Program-made: the position numbers and the translations under genes
Assembly (NCBI RefSeq): GCF_025526975.1
Contig: NW_026515691.1
Location: 310,001 to 374,000 of the forward strand
Reading direction: 5' to 3'
Source: Fimicolochytrium jonesii
Lineage: Eukaryota
Length of the DNA stretch: 64,000 bases
Part shown: piece by piece, positions 12,547-25,041 of the stretch
Position numbering within the stretch: the first letter of the stretch is position 1
Layout: every line of letters begins with the position of its first letter
The notes under the pieces: generated by a model
The model's input: the letters and a program-made list of their open reading frames with translations, nothing else
What the model was told of the DNA's origin: nothing
Databases searched by the model: none

Positions 12547-15500
12547 ATGCTTTCCCAGCGAGAAGAGCCGAAGCCCTCGAGCTTCGAAGCTCTCATTGAC
12601 TCATTAACGTCCGAAACGCTGAACAGACAGAGAATCGACGCCCTGCTCTCGGTATGCCCTGGCTTCGTTGACCATTATTTGACCTGTTTGCATGCTCACG
12701 CGTAAAGTGGACCCATCGTTGCAGGCTGCGTTAGAGGAGATTGAGGAGGAACCTGAGATAGTCTGCAACTCGAATAGCTTTTGGAGGCGCGAGGATGGTG
12801 GTGGTAGTTTAGGGCAGAGAGCTGCGGAAGAGCTGGTGCGCCTTTTGCGAGAAGATCCGGATAAACCTCTGGTGCTTTTGGGTCGCCTATGTAAGAAATT
12901 TCCATTTCAGCTATATACTGTCTGAAACTCAGTCCTGTTTCCACGGTTAGGCAAATATGCCCTTTGGCGAGAGAAGGTTCAGAAATGCTTAGAGCAAGTG
13001 CTGGAAACCTTATGGCACGTGCTAGAGTCGGCGGATCCGGTTGCAGTACGTTTGTTGCATAACAAAGTGGGTGGACAGAGATACTAATTGTCGAGATTTT
13101 AGATCATACATCTTCTGCATGATTTGACCTATCAGTTTGATGTCCCTCTTCGATCCATGCCGAAAGGGCTGAGCACGTTCCTGTGCAACCGAATGTGAGT
13201 CCTATGCAACGTCTCGGAGGTTCGCCATGGTCTTGAAAAGGACTTACGCCAAGCTAGAACCCCCACGGAGCCGGAAGCCGACACGCTCTACGTGTTCGGA
13301 AACCTGTGCTGGCATGAGGTGTTCCGACAGGACATCAAGGTCTACCCTCGCATTGGAAAGCTGCTGAGGAATTTGGTGACTCTCCTGAGCAGCAAGGTAT
13401 GTATCATTTCGGGTGGCTCGTCTGGTTTGCAACTTGTTCTTATTTGGACTTGGTCAGGACTCTCTGGTGGTTACGTTAAGCCTACGAATTCTGGCGCAGC
13501 TGCTCGGCACCAATGAGGGTGTCCAAAAACTTTTCTCAGAGGGCAACATAGTGGAAGCCTGGAGACTGATTCTTGCCATTCTCGGAAGTAAGGCGTCGAC
13601 GCCTGCGTTGCAAACGGCAGCCCTTGATCTTCTCGATGTGCTGTTGCAAAATGACCTCTTGGACTCCTTTCTGAAAGGGTGCGTTGTCGTGCGGTCATCT
13701 TCGTCCATTGATAGATATGAAGGTGTTAAGACCATTCAGCTGATCAGAACAATCAAGGAAGAACCGATTGTCGAACAAATTTCGTCGAGCCTCATACGCG
13801 AGGATTCGTACCCAGAGGTAGCCAGTACTCCGTTTGATAAAATGCCGTTGAGAAATGACTGACCGTTTTCCATGCAGTTGTTTCGGTGGACGGAGTTATT
13901 CCTACGCAAATTCAAAGACGACTCGACACTGTTTACAATGGTTGCTGACGCCGAAGTGGCGACAAAAGCCTTTACGTGGATGGTAGACGGTGTCGCCGGG
14001 AACAACGCTGGTGAGGTCTCGTCCACGGGCATCACTGCCACTTGTAGATTTCTTCGCGGTCTTCTCGATGGAATACGCCCCCGGCCACTCCCAGACGTGC
14101 AAAACAACCATGAACAAGAGGACAATCCGACGTCAACGGTAACAGACGTGATCCAGCAGCGCGAATTCGACCTCTTCGCCGACCAGCTCATTCCGGGCCT
14201 GGTCACCCTGCTGGACGTGATTGCAACTCAGGCCACGAAGGCCGCCGTGGACTCCCAGTACGAGGCAACGCAAGCAGCCACGCAGTTTACACAGCATGTT
14301 CACACCTCACCACGGATGTGGACCTCGCGGATGTTTTTGGAACTCTCTCAGACTGCATACGAGCTCCTGACGTTTGCGCCATTTGAATTGGATGATGCTG
14401 ATGTCCAAATGGTGGATCTGGATCAGTACATGAACGTGTTTTGGACGGCTCTGGATGAGCGCATGCTGGGGCATGATGTTCTGATGGGGTTTGTCGGGAT
14501 CATCCTGAGTCTGGCGAAGCTGAAGAAGGCCACGCATATCCCAAAGCAGCTTTTCGAAAGGTACCGGGTCGCAGAGCATGCTGCGGTCCTGGTCTGTGAT
14601 CCCCAGTCCCAATTCTTGGCGGACGTGGCCATTTTGGCCATGTCCTTTGCCACTCCCAAAGACACTCGCCGTTTTGATGAGTTGGTCGCGACGCATCAAC
14701 GAAATCATCGCAGGAACTCACCAATCCGGAGCGAGGCTGCTTGGGCTCCCTGTCCGACTACGCCTGCACCCACTGGATCCCAAGATAGCGACAACCAGAC
14801 GGATACACGCGAGTTTCGGCACTCCGAGGACTCAAAACATCCAGAACCTCGTCATAGGATCTCGTTAAGGCAAAGCCGTCAATATGCCATGGACAGAATG
14901 TCGATTACGTCTGCACACTGTGGATCCGAGGACATCGAGCGCTTGACGGAAGAGGCTGACAAGTCCATTGCACGCATTGAACACTTGGAAAGCGAGACCC
15001 GCAGGATGCGAGCCCACCATGAACTAGAGACGCAGAAGATGCGAGCCCACTTCGAACAAGAGACGCGCAAGATGCGAGCTCAGCTTCAAAAAGAGCTTGA
15101 ATTGAACGATGCGATAGCTGCCGAAAAGTTAGCCGCGCATAGGAGCAAATCCGATGTGCTGACCGAACGACTGCGAAGCCAAAGCAAGGAAAATGAAAGC
15201 CTGCGCGTCGAATTGTCGCAATCCGCGTCGGAAATTGCCGAGTTGCGCCATAATGTTGCAAAACTGAAGAAGGAAAGGAATGCATACAAGAAGGAAGTAC
15301 AGGATGTACGCGACCAACTGGAGAAGACGGAGGCCAACTTTACCGAGAGCGAGGAACGGTAAGTGAAAATCCTTGTCTCGCGCTCCCTGTCCTTGCGTTT
15401 TTCTCATAACCAATGGGAAGGTTGGAGGAACGCAATCAAGAGTTGGAGAAAGCTCTGGAAGAACTGGCCACCGTCAAAGGAAAACTAGTGGAATCGAAGA

Positions 15501-15903
15501 AGAACGAGAGCACCTTCCTGGCACAGGTATGTCCTATATCCGCGGGATACTGTGAACCCCAGTGCAACTTATTCTGCCCCACCCTTCCCACTAGCGCAAC
15601 GCCCTCAAAGAGAACGTGGCAAATCAAACGTCCAAAATGAACGCCTTGCAGGTAAAAGTTACCCAATTGGAAGAAAGCCTCGCTGACCAAGAACGCGAGC
15701 ACGAAGACATGCTTGCGAAGTTGGCGCAGAGTCTGAATTCCGCGGCAAGGCGGACGGGACAACGGAGGAAGGCTGTCGTCGCTGTCGGAGGAAATCCGCC
15801 CCAGCCGTCGGGGAGTGATCAATCAAGATCTGAGGATGCGATATCCATGGGAGATGCCGACCGGGACGTTGCGGAGTTGGGGAGTATGATGAAAAGGTTG
15901 TGA
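12547..15903 (+). CDS. CIP2A: CIP2A-like armadillo-repeat plus C-terminal coiled-coil protein; multi-exon (about 10 exons)
   Basis: Spliced peptide LYVFGNLCWHEVFRQDIKVYPRIGKLLRNLVTLLSSK / DSLVVTLSLRILAQLLGTNEGVQKLFSEGNIVEAWRLILAIL...ALDLLDVLLQN matches the recalled pattern of the human CIP2A N-terminus (NLCRH...VVVFALSIL...EKLFHARNI...LIFNIL...DLLMDLLKN). A long C-terminal coiled coil lies in ORFs 13872..15362 and 15616..15903. Confidence 0.72.
14994..15092 (+). repeat. Three imperfect 33-bp in-frame tandem repeats inside the CIP2A-like coiled coil
   Basis: GAGACNCRSARGATGCGAGC units at 14994, 15027 and 15060 encode ETRRMRAHHEL / ETQKMRAHFEQ / ETRKMRAQLQK. Confidence 0.85.
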
Positions 15904-16497
15904 GACGACGGATCGGACTTGGCATTAAGTGAAATGGGACAGAGGCGTCACAGATGGGGCGGGGGTGCTTTGAGTTTTTGGTTAGACCGTCAGGAAGCCG
16001 GCTTAGATAGCGGTTTGAGAGGTCCGGACACCAATGGCGTATCGGAAAGCATTCCGGCGTTCTTTTTCGAAGGGCAATGCTCAGGCTCGCAGCGCTGCAG
16101 ATACCAACGTGTAATCATTATAAGTACATGTGTACATACATACATATGCAAGCTAGTGACGGCTTCATTATTCCCGTCTCCAAGTCGCGCTGTTGACAGC
16201 GTCCCCGCACTGCGCCACGCACTGACAGTGGCTATTTTGAGAAACTCAGCCAGGCTCAAAGCAGACGGTCTGAATGGGAAGTTCTCCGAATTTACAGCGT
16301 CCCCAAATAATGTAAAGGCAACATGACCTTGACCAAATAATCTGGAGGCCCTGTTTCCTAAAAATGCTGCAGAAGAGGGTCTGGCTTCCATACCGAGTCG
16401 TCCATGGATGGCGCGATGCAAACAGAGGCGCAAACTGAGTGAAGCCTAAGCCTGATCAGTTGAGTTGTGCATTCGGAGCGTATTGTGAGGCGAGGAA

Positions 16498-16505
16498 TAT
16501 AAAAA
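16498..16505 (+). promoter_or_regulatory. TATA box of the Q/R-rich orphan gene
   Basis: TATAAAAA(GGG) about 120 nt upstream of ATG 16621. Confidence 0.55.
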
Positions 16506-16620
16506 GGGCTGCGAGACTTGTGGAGAACTCTCTGCATCGTTCAACTTTTCCCAACACTCGAAACCGAAACCGAACTTCTACTCCATCTTCTCAACAAAAC
16601 TCGATCCTTTCTATCATAAC

Positions 16621-17384
16621 ATGGTTCGCCAAACACCCAGTGCCGTCGCTACCCAGCTTCAGAACTCTGCGCTCAACGCCTCTCAGGCGCAGAGTCAGCT
16701 CAAAAATTTGCCCCAAGCCCAGCAGCAGCAGCAGCAGCAGCAACCTCAGAAGCAGAGGGCGCCTAGGTCTGCGAGCAAGCGGAAGGGACAGAATGTATGT
16801 ACTGCACTTCGTTGGACTCTGTTGTTCTCCCCGCGACGTCGTCGGCCACCCGTTCCTGAATTGAACTCCTTTCATGATGCGCTCGGGACACATCCTGATC
16901 CTTTGTGTGACTTCTTACTTTCCAGGGAGCCAACCAACAGCAGCAGAAGGATGCGGTGACGGCTCAACCCCAAAACCCGCAAGCCCAACAGGCAATCAAA
17001 CTTGGGAACGACCCCGAACCCACCGCTGAGGAGCTCGAGCGCGAGCGTCAGTTGCGTCTTCAGCGCCGTGCGCCCCGCGAAGGCCCTCGCCACGGCAAAC
17101 GTGGGCGCTCGCCGCCCCCTTTGCCCACCGCCGATTTCAGCGAATACGAGCGAGACGATTACCAGGATGATCAGGACGCTCAAGACGAGCAGGAGTTGGA
17201 TGATCGATACTTTGAGCGCTCGCGATCGGCTGCTTTGAATGGCAACGCCCGTCAGGACCGTAAGCAGCAGAGGTTGGCGAAGCAGTCGATTAGCCAGAAT
17301 TGGGAGGACCGCAACGCTGGCAACGGGCGCACCGAGAGACAGCGCAGTGGCCGCAAGCCCAACCACACCCAGCGTGCCCGTTGA
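16621..17384 (+). CDS. Orphan ~210 aa Gln/Arg-rich intrinsically disordered protein; 2 exons
   Basis: A GTATGT...TCCAG intron at 16795-16925 (phase 0) joins ORF 16621 (contains a CAG/poly-Q tract) in frame to ORF 16956..17384. Upstream TATA box present. Confidence 0.75.
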
Positions 17385-17798
17385 AAGAGTAGCGATAGTT
17401 GTAGAGGAGTGAGAATGATGCTTTGATTGCAGAAATATACCTTGTTGCAAATCCATGTTAGTGCAGAATGCAATACATCTTTACACTGATGTATGGGATG
17501 GAAAGCAGAAACAACTAAGGCAGGATTTTGCGAGCATGAGATTTACCAAGCTCTCGAGCCCGCCATAGGCGAGCGGATGTTCCGAGGAGCCGTGAGGCTA
17601 GCTGGAGTTATGCTGCCGTATGATGGCCCCATTTTGCTACGCAGGCAGGTCGAGATGAGCTTGCTTGCATTTATTCGATGAAGTCACGTGTTGCGTGTTC
17701 CCTGATTGAATCTCGAGCCCCGACGTCGTTATGCCCAACCTCCAATTCAAAAGTCGACGACGACGACCACTACCAGATCCAACTCAACGCTAGCGACG

Positions 17799-18901
17799 AT
17801 GGCAACGTTACGGCTCGGCTGCCGTGCGGCCGCAGCCCGGTCTCCAACGACTGCAATCGCATCCGCCTGCGCCCGCCCCACCATTCCCCTCACCCTCCTC
17901 CGGAATCCCCTCACACGGTGCTATGCGACCGGCGTCGAATTCGAAACCAAGCCCCGACTGCACAACCCTCACCCCACCCCGCGACCAACCAACATAGCCT
18001 ACTTCACCGGCAACCCGCGCTATTACAACAGCCTCATGCAGATCAACGCGCTCATGCGGAAATACAACATATCACCCCAGGAACCACTGACGGCGTCCAA
18101 GCAACGGCCTCGATGGATGACGATAAAGGAGATGCAGGAGTTTCTGTCGTTTAAGATAACGCAGGGTACTTATGATGAGTTCGTTAAGAAGTTGAATCAG
18201 CTGTATGATAAGCATGGATATGGGAGCGGAGGTAGGCATTTGGACTGTTAGGAGGTGCCATGGAGACTTGGGCTGATGTATTATGCTACAGCCCAACTGG
18301 ACGTGAAGAAAGCACTAGAATCGTTCGTGAAGCCCGGCGCAACCCTCACAGTGAGCACCAAGCGGTCATCCGAGCTGGACGATTTCGGACGGTCGTATTC
18401 ATATGGGTCTCGGAAGACGGCGAAGGCGCAGGTGTGGGTGGTGGAAGGAGAGGGGCAACTGTTTGTCAACGGCACAAATTTTGCGGAGTACTTTGCGGAG
18501 GATACGGATCGGGATGCGATTTTACGGCCACTCGTGATGGCGCACGCTCTGGGGAAATACAATGTGTGGGCGTTGGTGAATGGTGGGGGACAATCGGGGC
18601 AGGCGGCGGCGGTTGCTGTGGGATTGGCTCGTGGCCTGGCTGTGCATGATCCTGTACTGAAGGAGACCTTTGACGAAGGTAGGGGAATCTAGACTTGGTT
18701 GGTCGAATGACGGTTGGGACTGACAAGCATGTTCCCATCCAGCCGGCCTTACAAGGATCGACACAAGACAAGTCGAAAGGAAGAAGACGGGACAACCAAA
18801 GGCCAGGAAGAAGAACACCTGGTAAGATATAAACCACGTTTGCAGTAACTCTCGATGAACATAGTACTAAATCAATCACTTCTTCTAGGGTCAAACGTTA
18901 A
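17799..18901 (+). CDS. MRPS9: Mitochondrial small-subunit ribosomal protein uS9m; 4 exons
   Basis: Arg/Ala-rich presequence, then YFTGNP, GSRKTAKAQVW...G..FVNG, VNGGGQSGQAAAVAVGLARGL and the S9 C-terminus RQVERKKTGQPKARKKNTW/VKR-stop. Confidence 0.93.
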
Positions 18902-19109
18902 GTCTGGCCTCCATGTGGCTCGAGCCCTTTGTATTTATAGAGAGTCGCGACGCCTCGACACCCCACTGTAACATATTACTGTAATATGCATCAACATGTT
19001 CGACCTTCCATCGCCTGAACGCTCTCCCGCATTGTTTCCATTTTCACCGACATGGCCTCATCCCATATGGACGCCCACCGACAAAGGCCCAACCCTGCGT
19101 TTTCACATC

Positions 19110-20289
19110 TCATACATCCTTAACAGCCGCCTTATCAAACTCCCCAATGGGCGTACTAAAATCCGTATGTTTCCCGAATCTCACCGGCGCCGCTGACGCA
19201 TGGTGCTGGTGCGCCAAGCCGGCCTTGAATCCGAGATCCCGTGGGCAGTCGCTGTGGGCTTCGCGTTCGGAGCGCTGGTGTAGAAAGGCGGCTTTGGAGG
19301 AGGAGATGGTGTGACCTGTGCCTTTTGCTGGTGGGAATAGGGATGAGGCGTGAGAATGAGGGTGGGAGAGTGATGCGAGGCCATGGGAATGAAGGATTTT
19401 GAGGGATTCTGAGGGAAGAGGGGCGATACGTACTTGCGTAATCGCTCCAAAACGTGATGGGCTGTGCGAATCTTTGCTTATCCGACTGCAAAAACAAAAC
19501 AGGGTTGGCACCGGGTTCTCCCGTAAACGGGTAACATGCATTGCACCTCCTTCCCGTATGGCCTCACTCACCTCTGATGGAGCATGTGTCCCTACCCATC
19601 CCAAAGCGAGCCATATGAGCCCCATGGTCTCACACATCACCTCCAACGGAACCTGCGACAGCAAAGCATACCTAAATCCTGCGTCTTGCCATAAATATCC
19701 TCATGTCCAAAATCCGCCTTATTAGTCGACGTCCATCCCGCGGCTGACTTGCGCTCCTCTGGTGGTTTCGCCGTCTCCGCTCTGCATACGTTGAACACAC
19801 ATGGATCAGCCCCCAATTCCCAGATTCTGGGATCCCCTGTATCGCCCGGGATGATGAACTCCACAACTACAAAAAGCAGGATAGAAAAACGTACAACGCC
19901 CGCTTCATCAACTCCGCATCAATCAACCGCTGCTGTTTTCCCGCATCATGTCCGGCACTACCCGTCCCCCAGCCGCCTGGCTTCCGTGCGTGCGCTTCCC
20001 CGTGCGAGGTTGTGTAGGTGTGTTCGTTTGGGCTGTGGGTGAGGATACCCTGATCATGACAAAAAGAGAATGTGGCTTGATAAATGACGGGTAGATTGAG
20101 ATAGTTGGTGACATCCAGCAGGGAGGGGTTTGGGTAGGGACTTACTTGATGCCCCGCTCTCCCCAATTTGACGAAATCCTGACGTTCCTGCAGCAACACA
20201 TCGCCCACGGCACGGTCTTCGACCCAGTTGCCGAGTAACGTTTGACCTATGCCATGACTGTTCCAATCGTTTCCGACGTGGGATTGCAT
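19110..20289 (-). CDS. SPAG8: SPAG8-like axonemal microtubule inner protein; multi-exon
   Basis: GQTLLGNWVEDRA (NWE-type motif), GHQ/GILT, QPITFWSDYA and FGKHTDFSTPI occur in the same order as recalled SPAG8 motifs (LLYNWEEERA, GHRGLLT, QPETFW, FRKNCSFSTP). Internal exon boundaries are approximate. Confidence 0.72.
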
Positions 20290-20526
20290 TATGCTGGTTG
20301 GGTACGTTGGGGTAGTGAGTTCGATGTGCTGAAGTCCACTGTTCATGCGGAAAGAGTGAAGCAGCCAGCGGAATGACGAATTGACAGCATATGGTAGCTG
20401 ACATAAGCACGAGAATATTGACGGGATGGAAATTGACGGGGACATTCTCAGAGGTCTTGCGAACAAGAAAAAACGGGATTCGACGATGCATCTGCGAAGT
20501 GTTTCTACGCTAACTGCTAGAAAAAA

Positions 20527-21659
20527 TTACTCAGATTTCTTCCCCCACCACGTCCTGACAAACTCCTCCACCCCCGTCGGCCTAATCTCCGGAAACAACC
20601 CATTCAAATTCGTCTCAAACGCAAACTGCTCCCCATTCACAACCAACGCCAACGCAACCTGCGCATAAAACCGCTTCATCACATCCTCCCTGGCTTCCTC
20701 CACCTCCCTCTCAAGCACCTCTTTACTCCTATAATCCCGCTCAAACTTGACTCCTTTCACTTTTTCGAGGGCGTCGATAATCTCGTTGAATGTTGTCACG
20801 GAGCCGGCCATGGCGGACTTGCGCGGCCAGTGGGGGAGGGAGAGGGTGGCGGCGACGAAGCGGCCGACGTCTTGGGCGGTGGTGTAGATGATGGGCTCGG
20901 TGCCGGTGCCAGGGATGAGGGCGGTGTTGTTTTCGGCGTCGATGAGGAATTTGAGGGGGGGGAGGTGGGAGGTGGTGTGGGGCGTTGCGAGGTAGTTCAT
21001 GAAGATCTGTTGGTGAGAATCGATTAGCGCCAGTCGTGTTAAAACGGGTTGAAGCGTGATACTCAACAAACGTACCCCGGGAGTAAAAAGCGTCCACTCC
21101 AACCCCTCTGTGTTATCCAACGCCTCAATAATCTCATTCTTCGGCCTGTACAGATCGATAATCCGGTTCTTCTCGGTATCCCCCGCCCATTCGGACGGCG
21201 CGAATCGACGCACGCCCGCGGCTTTGCAGCCACTGATGAGAGCTAGTTGGACTTCTTTGAAGTTTTCGCCAATGAGGGTGGAGATGAGCGTGTCGACGCC
21301 TTGTAGGGCTTGTTGGATGGAGATGGGGGAGGCGTAGTCGACCGCGCGGACGGTTAGGTTGGGGCGAGGGGGTAGGTTGGTTGTGGCCTGGAGTTCGGAG
21401 ATTGGCTCCGTCAGAACTTCCGTTGGGGCTGCATTACGATGTGCGTTAGGGAATGTTTTACCTTGCGCGAAAGGACGACCACATCGTATTTCCCGGTCTC
21501 AAGGATCCCTTCGACGACATGCTGGCCGCAACCACCTAGGTAACATAAATGAAGTGAGACTCTCGCCTGTAGCAGATCCACTTTACCCTTCGATTCTTGA
21601 ATCATACCTGTCCCGCCGGCCACGGCGATGAGTTTGCGTTCGTTCGATTGAGAGGGCAT
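20527..21659 (-). CDS. NmrA-like / isoflavone reductase family NAD(P)-binding oxidoreductase; multi-exon
   Basis: IAVAGGTG/GCGQHVV nucleotide-binding motif, VRRFAPSEWAG, LEWTLFTPG/IFMNYL and YTTAQDVGRFVAA. Confidence 0.88.
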
Positions 21660-22078
21660 GGATGTTGGTTTTAACAAGAGGAGACTTGGAGAGCTTCCTT
21701 GATGAACGCGATGACTGGATGTATGGGAGTGGATCTGAAGGAAGGACGACAGGACATCCCCAATTTTATCTCCCTGCGGACTGCCCGTCCCACCGTCAAC
21801 CTCATCTTCGACCCCAGTCACCCCACTGGAGCGGCTCCGGACTCCGAGAAAAGCCGCACGTGCAGTCGACATTTACAAGGTATACGTGTAACTGATAGAT
21901 TCGCGAAGAGACCGCAAGTCCTATGTAGGAATTTTCGCGCCTTTGATGCATGCATACGACCGCTCCGAACGCCGAAGACGGTGATGACAAATGCACTCCA
22001 AAATCCATTCTCGTGACGTTCAGTGAGCCGCGCTGAGTGGTTCCTCCGAACTCGCACAGAAGCCAGCGGGCACGCCAG

Positions 22079-22405
22079 GTGCTTACCTGGCTTGCGGCTT
22101 CGTGTGATCAAGAAGGCACGGCCGGATTCACGGCCGGACCGGATTGAGGCTCGTCGGCATTGCACCGCCGCCTTCGTTCACCTGGCGCCGAAGCGACAAA
22201 GGACTAATGAGAAAGTTTGCCAGAAGCCCGCCGGTCAGAGCACCGTCCACATCCGATGAGTGATTGGGTCCAGACTCCCTATCCATCGCATCGCGTTCCC
22301 ACAGCTGGAGGACTTTGGCGTTCACAACGTCAAACTCCACATGGTTCGGCGTCAGCGTGAAGGCATAATTTTTGGCGGTGGGAGAAGGTTTCGGCCCTTC
22401 TCCTG
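22079..22405 (+). ncRNA. U1: U1 spliceosomal snRNA, long variant (about 327 nt)
   Basis: All U1 landmarks in order. 5' CTTACCTGG (22082-22090). SL1 CGGCTTCGTGT-GATCAAGAAG-GCACGGCCG (U1-70K loop 22106-22115). SL2 loop ATTGCAC (U1A site 22159-22165) closed by CGGC/GCCG. SL3 base CGCCGAA/TTCGGCG. GCAT-AATTTTTGG Sm site (22367-22375). Terminal SL4 GGAGAAGG...CCTTCTCC followed by TG. Confidence 0.88.
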
Positions 22406-22992
22406 AACAATTTACAGAACAAAGGAAGAAAAAACATCATGGAGTTTCCGATCGTCTCTGAACGATGCTGCGTCAGCGCCTCCGCCTCAAAATCCTGCGC
22501 CGTTCCCAACTGAAGAACACGCTATGACGGTTTACTTTTAGTTCAATGAACGGAGCGTGAGGTCATGTGACGAGATATGCACGTGGAAACAAGTTTATCG
22601 ATGGCTGTTCCCAATCCGCTGTGGGGGAAGGATCTGCGATCCAACAATGGGAGCAAGGCAGCCGGTCACTTCTGCAAGATAAGGCAGGTGGACAATGGGA
22701 GATTGGCTGAAGTGAGGGACCGCCCGCGCCCGCGTTAATACTAATTGATTTGCGCCCGAAGCCCAGTTGCTAATTGCAGATCATAAGAATGCATACCGAA
22801 GAAGGGGAAACTCGCACTCGCACGAACGGAAAGAAAAAGCTGCTTTTGGAGGTCCGCTCAAAACTCAGCTGTCTGGCCTGTTCCCCTTCTCCCGCAACAC
22901 TCTCAGTTTCCCTCTGAATTCTCAGGCGGATTCCTCTCTCTTATCTTCTACATACCTGCCAGCAACCCCACCCCCCAGAACAGGTCGTCAGA

Positions 22993-25041
22993 ATGGCAAA
23001 GACAGGGAAGGAAGAGCGCGCCGCGAAGAAAGCCGACAGGGCTGCAAAGAAGCTCCAGAAGGATGTCGCAAGCGGGAAGGTCGACGAGACCGCCAACAAG
23101 CTCAACGACATGGCTCTCGAAACCAACAGGGTCACCTCCGGTGTCCTCACCTCCCACAAGGACTCTAGGGACATCAAGGTGGGTTTTGCGAGTGCAAACT
23201 GTTAATGTGTCTTTCATGACGAACTGCTGTGGAATGCAAAGCTGACTCGTGTCCTTCCTCTATTATTCAATCGCATAGATCGAGCAGTACTCCCTCAGCT
23301 TCTACTCCCAGGTGCTCGTCAACGACACTACCATCGAGTTGAACTTTGGTCGAAGGTACGCTCTTATCGGACCTAACGGTTCCGGCAAGAGTACCTTTCT
23401 GCAGTCCCTGGCTGCTCGTGAAGTGCCTATCCCCGAACACATCGATATCTACCTGTTGAACTCCGAGTACCCACCAACGGAGATGACCGCTTTGAAGGCC
23501 GTCATTGACGATGCTGAGAAGGAGCTCAAGGTAAGACCGCCGAGAGGAACTTCTCTGGCAGATCTTTTTCTGTGAAAAAGAATCGCGATTTCTGATCCCA
23601 TTCTCCCTTCAGCGTTTGGAGCAGTTGATGGAGAACATGCTAGCCGAGACGCCCGACTCCCCATTGTTGGACGACATCATGGAGCGTATCGAGAGCATGG
23701 ACGCCGCGACCTTCGAGCCCCGCGCCGCTTCCATCCTTCACGGTCTTGGATTCGATGATGTCCGCATGAAACTGGCCACCAAGGATCTTTCCGGAGGATG
23801 GCGTATGCGTGTCGCCTTGGCGCGCGCTCTGTTCGTCAAGCCCACCATGTTGTTGCTCGACGAGCCCACAAATCACTTGGACCTGGGTGCCTGTGTGTGG
23901 TTAGAGGAGTACCTCGCTCAGTACGACCGTATCCTTCTCCTCGTCTCCCACTCCCAAGACTTCATGAACGGAGTCTGCACGAACGTCATCGACCTGAACC
24001 CCAAAAAGCAGCTGGTGTACTACACCGGTAACTACGACTCTTACGTCAAGACGAAGGAGGAATTGGAGGTCAACCAGATGAAGGCGTACGAGAAGCAGCA
24101 GGAGGAAATCGCGCACATCAAGCAGTTCATTGCGTCCTGCGGTACCTACGCGAACTTGGTGCGACAAGCAAAGTCTCGCCAGAAGATTCTCGACAAGATG
24201 GAGGCGGACGGTCTGATCGAGAAGGTGGAGAAACCCGCTGCATTCGCATTCAAGTTCGAATCCGCCGGCCCTCTCCCACCACCGGTCCTGTCCTTCTCCG
24301 ACATGTCCTTCGCCTACAACGGCAACCTCAAGGACGCCATCTACAGGCACCTCGAGTTCGGCGCCGACACCGAGTCCCGAATCGCCCTGGTCGGCCCTAA
24401 CGGTGCCGGCAAGTCCACCCTCCTCAAGCTTATGAGCGGCGAGCTCTCTGCAACAGAGGGTTCCATCTCCCGTCACACGCACCTGAAGATTGGAAAGTAC
24501 TCTCAGCACTCTGCCGACCAGCTCGACCTCACCATCAGCGCCATCGACTACCTCCGCCGCAAGTTCCCGGAAATGCCCCAGGACCTTCCCACATGGCGGT
24601 CCCACATTGGAAGGTTTGGTCTCACCGGCGCATCCCAGCTGTGTCCCATCGGACAGTTGTCGGACGGCCAACGTGCGCGTATCGTCTTCTGTGAACTGTC
24701 CCTGCAACGGCCCAACATGCTGTTGTTGGACGAACCGACCAACCCGCTGGATATCGAGACTATCGACTCGTTGGCGGCGGCTATCAAGCAGTTCGAGGGT
24801 GGTGTCGTGCTTGTGTCTCACGATTTCAGGTTGATTAGTCAGGTTGCTGAGGTGAGTTAACATTCCTTGTCCATCTGATGTTTTTTCCCATTCATAATCC
24901 CTCACATACTTATCCGATTCCTCCCCTTCCTAGCAAATCTGGGTCTGCGAAAACGGCTCCATGCGCCTCTGGCAAGGCTCCATTTCCGAGTACAAGGCCG
25001 CCCTCCGCAAGGAGGTCACAAAGAACATGATCAAAATCTAG
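22993..25041 (+). CDS. ARB1: ABC-F family ATPase ABCF2/Arb1; 4 exons
   Basis: Two ABC cassettes ([53 protein letters not shown]) with no TM domains, plus the Arb1-typical [20 protein letters not shown] linker. Confidence 0.95.
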
